Shown here piece by piece: positions 52,833-64,000 of a DNA stretch of 64,000 nucleotides. Where the stretch lies: positions 42,594,001 to 42,658,000 of the forward strand of contig CM069137.1 of NCBI GenBank assembly GCA_035221665.1. The letters are read 5' to 3'. Numbering within the stretch: the first letter of the stretch is position 1; each line of letters begins with the position of its first letter. This DNA is from Okamejei kenojei (Eukaryota). The position numbers were made by a program, and so were the translations under genes. Under the pieces are notes generated by a model, which worked only from the letters and a program-made list of their open reading frames with translations, made no database searches and was not told the origin of the DNA.

Positions 52833-55800
52833 AGCTTGAAGTCTCATTGAAGCGACTCAAGCACAAATCAAAACCTCGGCTGACCCTCTGGTGTAGGACT
52901 GGGGGAGTGCTGTCTGGGGAGATGACTGCACTGTTGAGGTGGGGGCTTTTTCTGAACCTTGTAGCTCCCATGGAACTAGTGCAGAGATCACTGGTAACCA
53001 GAGTCCTGGCCATGTTACTGCTGTATTCCACAGGACGCACGATTACAAGTCACAGTTTATTGTCTGATGTACTGTAATCACAACTTCACACAATGCCATC
53101 TTCCTATTCCACAAAATAAACCCGTCGTCTCAATTTTCTTTACATTTCAGATGCCACTACGGCATGCCACTCTCCATGCTTGTAATCCTCAAATGCCACT
53201 CAAAGTCCCCAATTACACTCAAACTGAGTCCGGATCTTAAGAACAAAGGAACATAGGCAGGAAGTGGTCACCTCCCACACCATTCAATTCAATCGTGTTG
53301 AACATATTGATCATCACATTGAATATTGATGCATGCTTATTATCTCTGTGAGTTAATGGGAAAGTGGAGAGAATAAAAAATGGATTTGGTATAAGTTGTT
53401 GTCTTCTTCCTTAGAAACCTTACCCAGGCAGGTACTTTTAGAGAGCCTGGGACAGGTTATGAGACGTTGGGCCGCAAGGCTGTATCTACAACAAGGAGGG
53501 AGAAGTCACAGGAGTTGAAGATTGAGGAGAGTGATGGACTAGACACGCTGACCTAGGTAGCTATGCTCACACTGAAACCGCATTCAAGCAGAACTGGTGA
53601 GGAGGCAACACCCATCTCACTGCCAAGGACATAAACTAACATCTGTGCCTCAGGGAAAGAAGATCACCAGCTCATAAAAGGTCATTTGCTCGAGAACAGT
53701 AATATTCTTGGACTTCAGCTGCCACTATAATCAACTCAGTACCAGTTAATACTGACTTATGGTGACATGTTTAATTACCAGTGTAATCTGTTACTAGATT
53801 GTTATGTAATGGTTAAATTTTCCATATTCAAACTGCTGGATGACCAGGACAGTATTTATTGATTGCTACCTATTTAACCCTTCAGTTGCAAATTTGTAAC
53901 CAACAATCCAGTAAACCCATTAACAAGAAAGAGATCAGTTGTTTGCTCAGTAGGATGGCCATTCCAATCAATGATTGGAAGAAGACCTCAAATTTCCTGC
54001 ACATCACCCTCCAATTTCTGTCTCTTCACCTTTGCCCTACTCACCCCACCTCCAGATCCCTTAATTTCTCTTTGACTGCTTCCACCTATTGCCCACATAT
54101 TACCCCCATCTCCCAACTCTATCTGGCTCTGTCTGCCCACCATCTCCTGGTCCACTTGTCACTACAAGCCCTCATCTCATCACTCCCTTCTTCTCTTTAA
54201 TCTAGCTCTCTCCCCTCTCAGTCCTGATGGAGGATCCCAACCTGAATAATTCCTTTCCCTTCAAAGATACTGCTCGACCTATTGAGTTCCTCTGGCAGTT
54301 TGCTTCTTGTACCAGATTCTATCACTTGTGCCCTCAAATGATCAATGCAAGGCTTTGCAGCGAGTCTCTGGAGGTTATTATTCACTGCTAAAACTTGCAG
54401 TTGGGAAACCTTCACACCAAGTGGTATCATGACAGGTTGCCAAGAGCTTGTCAAAAGGTGAGCTTTAGTAAATGTCTCAAAAGCATTTGGTGCAATGATT
54501 AAAAGTAACAATGAGCAAGGGACCTCAAATGTAGAACGCCGAGATCTGAGAAAGCTAAATGATTTTAGCATTAGACATTAAATTTAAGGGATGTGAATTT
54601 TAAAATCATGATGTTACTGATTGTGGTTCACTGAGCATTGGAGTATAGATTAAACAAGCACAGATGCATATAAGGAAATGGACAGGAAAGCTTTGGAAAA
54701 CCTCAAGTTTAGTGGTGCTAACAAGTGTGAGGTGGTGCACTTTGCAAAGACTAATGAAGATAAGACACACACAATGGCAGGACGCCAGGGAATATTGGGG
54801 AACAGAGGGACCTTGATATAAAAGCCCAAGGTCCCAATAAGGCAGCAGTCAACGCAGATGATAGTTAAGAGAGCATATGGGATGTTCTCTTCTGTAGCCG
54901 ATGCTAAAATATTGTAAGAAAGAACTGCAGATGCTGGTTTAAACCGAAGATAGACACAAAAAGCTGGAGTAACTCAGCGGGACAAGCAGCATCTTCAGAG
55001 AGAAGGAATGGGTGATGATTCGAGTCGAGACCCTTCTTCAGACAAATATTAGAGCAGGAAGGTTATGGTGCAACTAGATAGCATGTTGGTTGGGCCACAG
55101 ATGGAGTATGTGTGCAGTTCTGATCACCACACAATCGACAGGATAGCACTGGGGAAGGTGCAGAGGATATTCACCAAAATGGTGCTCAGGATGGAGTGTT
55201 TCAGTTAGGCAGCAATACTGGAGGGGCTGGATTTGTTTTGCTGAGAGTGAAGGCGGTTGAAGGGGATCTGATAGAGGTATAAAAATTCCGAGAGGCACAG
55301 ATAGGGTATATAGTGTTTTTTTTCCCCATAGAAGCAGTCCCCCATGAAGCTAACGGAAATCTCTTTAGGGTTAGGGGTTAGAGGAGATTTGAGGAAGACC
55401 TTCTTCCCGTCAAGAATGGGTGGAATTTGGAGCCCATTGCCTTTGGGAGTGGTGGAGGCAGAGACTCTCACATCATTTAAGGTGGATCTAGATGAGCACT
55501 TGAATCACCAAGGCCTTATGCTGGTAAATGGGATCAGTATAGACAAGTCCTTGCTGGTTAGTATTCACATGTTGGGCCAAAGGGCCTGTTTCTGTGTTGT
55601 ATGACTATGACCCTTCACTTGGCCAGGGGTGTTTAATGTTAAATTAGCATGTTAAATTAAACATGTTCACATTAAATTATTTCCTTTCACTCACTAATGC
55701 TAACAAGAAACAGATTTTTTTTTAAACCGGTTTTCAATATCTTGTGAGTGAACTGATGAATCCTGCAATTTAATCCCCTCTTCCAACAGTGCACTGTTGA

Positions 55801-56831
55801 TTGCTGGTAACTGAAGACCAAAACACTGTCGACAATGCAGAGAGCAGTCTCAGTCGGCACTTCCCCTTCAGAATGGTGTGAAACATTCATGTCCCTTCCT
55901 TGATCCGACACCAGGGTTTGACGTGGGAGGGAGGGGGACTCAGAGATCCTCAAGGGATTTTCCACTTCAAAGTTAAAAGTGTGACCCACAAGTAGGCCAG
56001 CATAATTAAGGCTGCATTTGAACTTCAGTTTGAAGGTTTCGGATACTTCATGTGTTTGAACAGGTCAAGTGGATTGTTTAATAAACTCTGCTAAAGACAC
56101 AAAGTAAATTCAATTTATTTGAACAATACATTATTCATTCAATCTGGAATGAAAACAGAAGTGCCCATTAATGTGCAGTCTTTGTATAATGGATGAATAG
56201 CCTGATATGTATAATTGATGGTGCGCCATATGACGGGCTGCCGGAATACAGGCGTGTGTACAAAGACCTTGTTTGCTAGTCCTCATTGTAGTATCAGAAA
56301 CGATACAGATGGCATCAACAGATTGTGTATGATGCACCTTCAGTACTGCGAATAATTAGTTCACACCTTACCTTGGCCGCTGCTCAATGAAACAGACGGA
56401 TATTCTGCTGGGCTCTTTTATAAAATATTATTATCTTCACCCAAAGCAGTCCCTGGGGAATTAGGCTGACTGGCATTCACTCCATTTTGGGGGATTTGGA
56501 GATGGCTGTTGACGTCAAGGTGAGCATTTCAGAATGTTGCACTCACTGACAGGAAGCGGTGGAGGGGATGGGAGGGTAGTTTGTGAGGTGGTTGGTTATT
56601 CCATCACTTCCACACGGTTTCAGTGTACAACCGATGGACAGACTTGAGGACCTCAATCCCTTCTCAAAATGCCCCTCCACTCACAGAATTTGGGGTTTAG
56701 GCTACAGTTCCGTCAATCATTGATCTTTTCTTTTTTTTGTTATTGAAGGATCTGTTCCAGGATTTTCGATTCCACTTCCACCCTATTTTGCCATTTTTGT
56801 ACATGTTTTACAGTTGAACGATAACCTTGAA

Positions 56832-57135
56832 GGCATGGTGGCGCAGCTGTAGAGTTTCTGCCTTACAGCGCCAAAGATCTGGTTTAGATCCTGACTATGG
56901 GTGTTGTCTATACGGTGTTTGTACATTCTCCCCGTGACCGCGTGGGGTTTCTCAGAGATCTTCGGTTTCCTCCCACACTCCAAAGACGTACAGGTCTGTG
57001 GGTTAATTGGCTTGGTATTAATGTAAATTGTCCCTAGTGTGTGTAGGGTTGTGTTAATGTGGGGGGGGATCGCAGGTCGGTCGGGACTCGGTGCGCCGAA
57101 GGGCCTGTTTCCGTGCTGTATCTCTAACCTAAACT
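56832..57135 (+). mobile_element. tRNA-derived SINE (HE1/V-SINE-like), full length
   Basis: A box tggcgcagctgtag, B-box-like ggtttagatcc, core ggtttcctcccacactccaaagac, CR1-like tail gccgaagggcctgtttcc. Confidence 0.85.
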
Positions 57136-57329
57136 TTATATGTTAAAGTGAGGTTTATAAAACATGAATGATAGAGCAGGTACAATAACATTTTAAAGAC
57201 ATTTGGACAGGTATGTGGATAGGAAAGGTTTGAAACATTATGCGCCAAATGCAAGCAAATTAGATAACATTGATTGATATATCAGTCAGCATATACTAGA
57301 TAAATGCACGAACAGAAAGGCGGATTCAA

Positions 57330-58308
57330 ATAAGTTAATATTGTACTTCTATAATACCCTTTTAAATCTACATATCCCATAGTCGGAAATAATTAGGCAA
57401 GCTTGGGAAGACGAATTGGGTTTAACAATTTCAAAGGATAGTTGGGAGTAAAGTCTTCTATATATACATTACCTATTCTCTTAATGTTATGCACTCACTA
57501 ATACAATTTAACATAATGCATAGACTTTATTATTCAAAGTCTAAATTGAACAAGATCTTCCCAAATGTCTCCTATCTGTGATAAATGTCTCCTCCAAGAA
57601 GCAGCTATAACCCATTCTTTTTTTTCCTGTACAAAATTACAAAACTTCTGGAGGGGAATTTTTGATATCTTTTCCAAAATACTTTAAACTAAATTGGATC
57701 CCGAAATAAAATTGATCACACTAGGTATGTCGGAGGCCTGTTCTGTGCTAACGATATTTCAAAGACGTTTCCTTAACTATGGCCTGATAACGGCGAAAAA
57801 ATTAATACTTACATTTTGGAAACAGACAACACTCCCTACAATGAAGATGTGGATCACAAACATGTCTGAAACACTACATTTGGAAAACATTGGGCTTGTC
57901 TTGGCGGAAAAACCAGATCAATTTCTTAAGACATGGACAGCCTTTACCAAATTCTTAAAACAATAGCATGGCGCAACACAAATTTAAATTTAAATCCGAT
58001 GCTGGGTTGGGTGAGGTGGGCGGGGGGGGGATGTGGAGCAAGGTATATCTCCACCTTTCTTTTTTTTTTCTTATTTCTATATCCTTCCGCCTCACTACTT
58101 TGGTAGTTTAGGGGACTTTCTTTTGCTATTTTTCGATCTATCTTTTCACCTTCTATTCTTTTTTCTTTCTTGTTTTATTTTTCTTTTCTTTTTTAAATTT
58201 CATGGTTTAGGTTATAAGGATAAAAATGAAGCTATATAATAATTGTATAATTTTAGATGCCAAATGTTTTATCTCTGTACAATTGCTTCTAATAAAAATA
58301 AAAATAAA
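57330..58308 (+). mobile_element. L1-clade LINE 3' fragment
   Basis: NYGLITAKKLILTFWK...LHLE C-terminus; aataaaaataaaaataaa tail; related to 13765-14712. Confidence 0.8.
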
Positions 58309-58399
58309 TCAGTCAGAATGGCCGAGTTGAACCGAAGGGTCTGGTTCCACGTTGTATACGCTATCTCTATCATCACAACCCCTTCGTCCAGCTGTAACA

Positions 58400-59875
58400 T
58401 CACTATAGTGGAAACAGGCCCTTCAGTCCAACTCGCCCACACCGGCCAACAATGTCCCAGCTACACTAGTCCCACTTGCCTGTGCTTGGTCCATATCCCT
58501 CAAAACCTGTCCGATCCAAAACCTGTCGAACTGTTTCTTTACTGCTTCCTCTGGCAGCTTGTTCCATACACCCACCACCCTTTGTGTGAAAAAGTTACCC
58601 CTCGGATTCCTATTAAGTCTTTTCCCCTTCACCTTGAACCTATGCCCTCTGGTCCTCGATTCCCCTACTCTGGGCAAAAGACTCTGTGCAACTTCCTGAT
58701 TTATTCCTCTCATAATTTTGTATACCTCTATAAGATCCTCCCTATACCCCCATCCTCCTGCACTCCATGGAATAGAGACCCAGCCTAATCAACCTCTCCC
58801 TATAGCTCACACACTCTAGTTCTGGCAACATCATCATAAATCTTTTCTGATTTATGAGGAAAGATTTGACAATATCTTTCCTATAACATGGTGTCCAGAA
58901 ATTGAATACAATATTCTAAATATGATCTCAACAACGTCTTATACAACTGCAACACGACCTCCCAACTTCAATACTCAATACTCTGGCAGATGAAGGCCAA
59001 AGTGCCAAAACCCTTTTTGACCACCTTATCTACCTGCGGCTCGATCTTCAAGGAACCATACACCTATACTCCGAGATCCCTCTGCTCTACAACACTACCC
59101 AGAGGTCTTCCATTAATTGTGTAGGTCCTGCCCTTGTTCAATGTCCCAAAATACAAAATCTCACACCTCTCTATATTAAATTCCATCAATCATTCCTCCA
59201 CCCACCTGGCCAATCGATCCAGATCCTGCTGCAATCGTTCACAACCATCTTCACTATCTGCAAAACCACTAACTTTTGTATCATCAGCAAACTTGCTAAT
59301 CCTGCCCTGTATGTTCTCATCTAAATCATTGATGTAGATGATAAATAGTAAATAGGGCCCAGCAACTAACCCTGAAGCACACCACTAGTACCAGGCATCC
59401 AGTCTGAGAAGCAACCTTCCACCATTACCCTCTGCTTCCTTCCATGGAGCCAATTTGATATTCATTCAGCTATCTCTCCATGGATCCCATGCGATCTAAC
59501 CTTCCAGAGCAGCCTACCATGCGGAACCTTGTCGAACGCCTTACTGAAGTCCATGTACACAACATTTACAGCTCTGCCCTCACCAACCTTTACGGTCACG
59601 TCTTAAAAAAAATCAATCAGATTTGTGAGACACAAACTCCCACGTACAAAACCATGCTGACTATCCCTAGTCAGCCCTTGTCCATCCAAATGACTGTATA
59701 TCCTATCTCTCAGAATGCCCTCCAGTAACTTACCAACTACAGATGTTAAGCTCACCGGCCTATAGTTCCCAGCATTTTCCCTGCAGCCCTTCTTGAAAAG
59801 AGGTACAACATTTGCCACCCTCCAGTCTTCTGGCACCTCTTCCGTATTTAAGGGTGACTCGTAAATTTCAACCAG
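58400..59875 (-). mobile_element. CR1 LINE RT fragment
   Basis: PEDWRVANVVPLFKKG, NYRPVSLTS and FFTQRVVGVWN motifs. Confidence 0.9.
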
Positions 59876-59930
59876 ACAGCACAAATCTGAACAGGGGATT
59901 GTAGGTCACTGACATGACAATATGTCATAT

Positions 59931-60240
59931 TTAAGAAAGAACTGCAGATGCTGGAAAAATCAAAAAAACTGGAGAAACTCAGCGGGTGAGGCAGCATCTA
60001 TGGAGCAAAGGAATGGGTGAAGTTTCGGGTCGAGACCCTTCTTCAGACTAATGTGGGGGTGGGGGGGCGGGAAGAAGAAAGGAAGAGGTGGGGACAGTAG
60101 GCTGTGGGAGAGCTGGGATGGGGAGGGGAAGGAGAGAGAAAGCAAGGACTACCTGAAATTGGAGAAGTCAATGTACATATTGCTGGGGTGTAAACTACCC
60201 AAGCAAAATATGAGGTGCTGCCCTCCAATTTGCAGTGGGA
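59931..60240 (-). mobile_element. Penelope-like element 3' end (GIY-YIG C-terminus plus pLTR)
   Basis: Minus strand HCKLE/QHLIFCLGSLHPSNMYIDFSNFR* followed by the repeat agtctgaagaagggtctcgacccgaaac...gcatctgcagttctttctt. Confidence 0.75.
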
Positions 60241-61199
60241 CAATATTCCATTAATACTCCAATTTTTCTGTGGCAAACACAGACTCTCTGAACCGCCTTC
60301 AGCTTTTTAGAAAGGTCCTGCTCATTTTCAAATGCTCAGCAACAAGCAGGCTTAACCTTTGGTACTGATAATCTAACAGCAAGTGGTGGCATTCAATTCT
60401 GACAAGGGTCACTCCCACTTAGAAAGCAGCTTCCAATGCCTAATTATATACGAGGCTCTTCTAAGCACTACATGAAAATCATACAGACCATTAAACACCA
60501 GGGAGGGCATGTAATGTCAAGTGAAAGAATGGGAAGGGATTATAGAACAGAGTCCCATTCAAAGCAAATGGAATTCAGCAATAGCATCCAACACGCAGGG
60601 CCTCATTGCTGCACTGGCTGAGGAGCATACATTGCCATAACCTCCTGCTGTTAAACACATACAACTCCTGCATCTTAACACAAAGTGTGGGTTAATAGTA
60701 AGATTAAACGAGAACTTATCAAATTCGAAGGTTGATCTTTATTTTATGAGGAGTTGCGGTGAGGGATTTCGTGAAGACCCCGCCAGCACGCATGCGCGAC
60801 ATTCTTCAAAGCAGCGGTGTGGAATCACAGAACGCACCATGACTGGAAATAGTAAGATTAATGACGTAGAACATACCAGTTGACCTTATGATAGAGGGTT
60901 GGGAGCGGAGGGCACGAAATCCATCACCGCAACTCCTCATAAAATAAAGATCAACCTTCGAACTTGGTAAGTTCTCGTTTAATCTTACTATTTTATTTCG
61001 GAGTCACGTGAGTGACTTTGTGAAGATTTCAAAGCTCTGTGATTTCACGCCCTGGACAACGTCCATGCTATAACACTGCCGCAATACTGATGGAGGAAGG
61101 TTGTTAATGCATTCCAGATTGAACAGGCTGAAAAATAATGCACATTCATTAACACAAGTAATAACAAAGCAAAAGACCCCTAATTCGGGGACAAATCAT

Positions 61200-62150
61200 T
61201 CACGGAGCGGCTCGCAGCACGGCTTTCGCGAACGTTGCGGGGGCGACCACTGGCTTATTGTAGAACCGCTGGAATGTTGAGTCACTGGCCCAGCCCGCGG
61301 TGGCGAGGATGTAGTCCATGGGCACCTCCATGGCCCTCGCCGCTGATGTGGATGCAGCCCTGGTAGAGTGAGATTTAAAAACGTTAGTATCTCCTCCTGC
61401 TGCACCCAACACCGCCCTGAGCCACCTGGCGATGGTCTGCACAGTCACCCGGTGATGTGGTTGCTTGTGGCTGATGAGGAGCCCCTGCGCCATCTTCCGG
61501 ATGGTTCGTGTTGTTCTGATGTAGTGGCGGAGATGGGTGGCTATGCAGTGGGTGGCATCAGTGGGGTACGCCCGGAATTCCAATTGCAGCCCAAAAGACC
61601 CAGGCCTGTGCTGCTTCAGCAGGACCTCTACAAAGAAAGTTACCTTAGCAGGGGTGGAGACCATACTATCCAGCCGCAGCTTCTGTAAGGCCTGGACTCG
61701 TTGAACTGTAGTCAGTGCCATCACTTTGAGGGTGAGCTTATCGAGTGGTAACCCTGTCATAGGAGACCAGCTCCTCAGTAGGGTCAGTACTATCCCTACG
61801 TCCCAGGTGATGTGGTATCTGGGTCGTGGAGAGTTGGTGTTGAACACTCCCCTCATGAATTTGGACACCAGGTGGTGTGAGCCCACACCTATTTCCAGGT
61901 ATGAGGACAGCGCATTCCTGGCGCTGTTGATGGCACTGTAGCTGAGGCTCGCATCGTAATGAAGGCCCTCTAGGAATTCCAGGACATCAGGGATTGTGGC
62001 AGAGTTGTAGGTCGTATTGGTACGGGAGCAGAAGGCCTCCTACTTCCAGACCTGGGTGAGGCACTGCCTCCTCGTTGATGCACTGCACGACACTGAGATG
62101 AGGTCCATGGCCCTGGGCGATATGCCGGCCTTGATAAGCAGCCTCTTTAG
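61200..62150 (-). pseudogene. DIRS tyrosine recombinase, one in-frame stop at 62040
   Basis: VQRVQ (R), HSTRAA (HxxR), AGW and FYNK (Y) catalytic motifs; N-terminal SYSAINSARNALSS. Confidence 0.9.
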
Positions 62151-62237
62151 AACGTGCAAGCCAACAGGTTTAAGTGACCATGGCACGGGTGACTTTCCCC
62201 CATAATGGGGTTGGTAATCAATTTGGGGATTCAACAT

Positions 62238-63763
62238 TCACTCGATGTTATCATTGAACACTCGTGACCTGGTGTCCGCCACTGTGTTGTGCTTCCCTGG
62301 TAAATAGGTCGCTATTATACAAATATTTCTCTCAATGCACCAGTGCCAGATTGTGTTTGCCAATTCATCACAAGATAATGACCTGATACCACCCATATGA
62401 TTTATATAAGCCACCACCGTGGTGTTATCTATTTGGAGGCGGACATGTAAATGTTGTAAGTTTGTGCAGTATGCCCGCAGCCCATGAAAAGCCCCTAACA
62501 TCTCCAGATAGTTTATCCCTTGTGTCTGGAGGAGGGTAGACTCGTGAGGGTCCCATCTGCACCACAACTGGACGTGGTGCCAGTTGCACCCCAGCCTCGT
62601 GCGCCTGCGTCAGTCTGTAGCACGACTGATGGGTTGCTAACAATAATGGGTTTGTGACACTCCCTAATATTGTCAGTCCACCATTGTAGCTCAGATTTAG
62701 CCTTAATTGGCAGCCGTATCGGTCTGTCAAAGTGCCCAGCATTCGCTTTTAATGCTGAGATCTTTGCTCTTTGTAAGTTTTGGTAATGCAATGGTCCGAA
62801 TTCCGCAGCTGGGAATGTAGCTACCAATTTCCCAATTACCTTGGCCGTCTGGCTGATAGTCGGTACCCTGGCGCAAGCAAGGCTGTAGCACGCTTCTTTT
62901 ATTTCTGACGCTTTGTTGGTCGGGATAGTGATCATCATTCGGTTTGTGTCAATGGTGAAGCCCAGATAGTCCATGACTTGAGACGTGGTTAGTTTGGATT
63001 TGTCTGGATGGGTTACTAACCCTAATGTCTCGAATAAAGATTTGGTCGCTGTGACTGCCAGCTTTGCCAATTGGAGGGTCTGTCCCACTATAAGTATATC
63101 GTCCAAGTATGCCATGACGATATAATGCTGTTGCCTGAGGATTGCCAATATTGGTTTGACTATTTTGGTAAATAGTCTGGGGGCTGTGGTGAAACCATTG
63201 GGTAAGGCTTTGTATTGCCATAACTGTCCCCTCCAGACAAAATTTAGGAACTTCCAGTGAGATTCTATGATGGGGACTGTATAGTATGCATCTTTTAAAT
63301 CGATGCAAGCCATAAAGTACCCCTGGTAAAGCAGCTGCTTAGCTGTTTCAAAGGTTTCCATTTTGAAATGGGTATATTGTACAAAAGTGTTCAAATGGGT
63401 TAGGTCTATGATAATCCGACATCCACCATCTTTTTTGGTTTTTGTAAAGATGTTGGCCACAAACTCAAAGGGATCGTGTGTCGTTTTCCCTATCACCCCT
63501 TTGGCTAATAGCCGTAGAATTTCTGCATGTCCCTTCTTTATCTCTTTTTGAGAGAGCGCAAATGTGCGCTGAGGTTCATGCTGTGTAGGGGGAAGTTTCC
63601 CATTAATAAATTCTATGACATAACCGTGAACACTTTGTAGAATAAACGTGTTTGTGGTTATCCCATCCCATGCACCCCGAAATGCCCGCAACTGTCCGCT
63701 TACGTGTGAGGTTATAATTGCTACTTTCTTAGACGAACCAGACCCCCTTACCTCCATGGTCAA
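62238..63763 (-). pseudogene. DIRS reverse transcriptase/RNase H, frameshifted near 62570
   Basis: KKDGGCRIIIDL, IDLKDAYY, LPNG and YLDD RT motifs; LQTDA, INYLE, QIDN and VADTRSR RNase H motifs. Confidence 0.92.
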
Positions 63764-64000
63764 CGGTGGTTCTTGGTATATGGTGTTTTGGGGGACGTTG
63801 TGTTGCTTGTCGTGGCTGCGGCCACATCTTTCATGCAGGCCTCTGCAGGCTTTGCCCTAAAAAAGGCTTCTGCTGTTGGGGACCTGCGGTGGATAGGGCC
63901 TTGGTGTCCTATCCGGCTGGCGAGGTTTCCAGGTAGGCTACGGTTGTTGTCGATGGAATGGGTGCACTTTGGCCGGTGGCGGTTCCATAAGGCCGACGGT

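Larger units (their letters stand above)
60694..64000 (-). mobile_element. DIRS1-like tyrosine-recombinase retrotransposon (5' part outside the window)
   Basis: RT-RNaseH followed by a tyrosine recombinase, and a terminal inverted-repeat/ICR structure at 60694-61020. Confidence 0.93.

Noticed and set aside
56832-56905. tRNA gene
   Set aside because: It is the tRNA-derived head of a SINE, with a degenerate B box, continuing into SINE body.
61200-61886. Phage integrase or bacterial contamination
   Set aside because: The recombinase is linked to RT-RNaseH and ICR termini, which marks a eukaryotic DIRS element.

Overview
Repeat-rich vertebrate genomic DNA, very likely a cartilaginous fish such as a skate or ray (inferred from HE1/V-SINE-like SINEs and abundant CR1, Rex1 and Penelope-type repeats). 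The window lies inside one minus-strand host gene, an aryl hydrocarbon receptor (AHR family, most like AHR1b/AHR1X from recall). I traced exons 3-8 by hand: 29847-29962, 20880-20969, 18983-19106, 16497-16627, 776-978 and <1-53. They have consistent phases, and exons 4-7 have the lengths I recall for vertebrate AHR. Exon 2 was not found, so intron 2 is probably >34 kb. Intron 5 needs a non-canonical GC donor, and a sense-oriented Rex1-type LINE just behind it is in frame with exon 5 and carries an AATAAA. That potential chimeric terminal exon is the best candidate for something new. The introns also hold a full-length Passport-like Tc1, a second nested Tc1, a DIRS1-type tyrosine-recombinase retrotransposon with an intact right-end/ICR structure but no methyltransferase domain, a non-autonomous Helitron, a Harbinger-like element, a palindromic Tc2/pogo-like MITE, a TIR element with a 7-bp TSD, and Penelope fragments with hammerhead-like motifs. 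Nothing here is a demonstrated new system. Family names rest on recalled motifs, not database searches, and most repeat boundaries are approximate.
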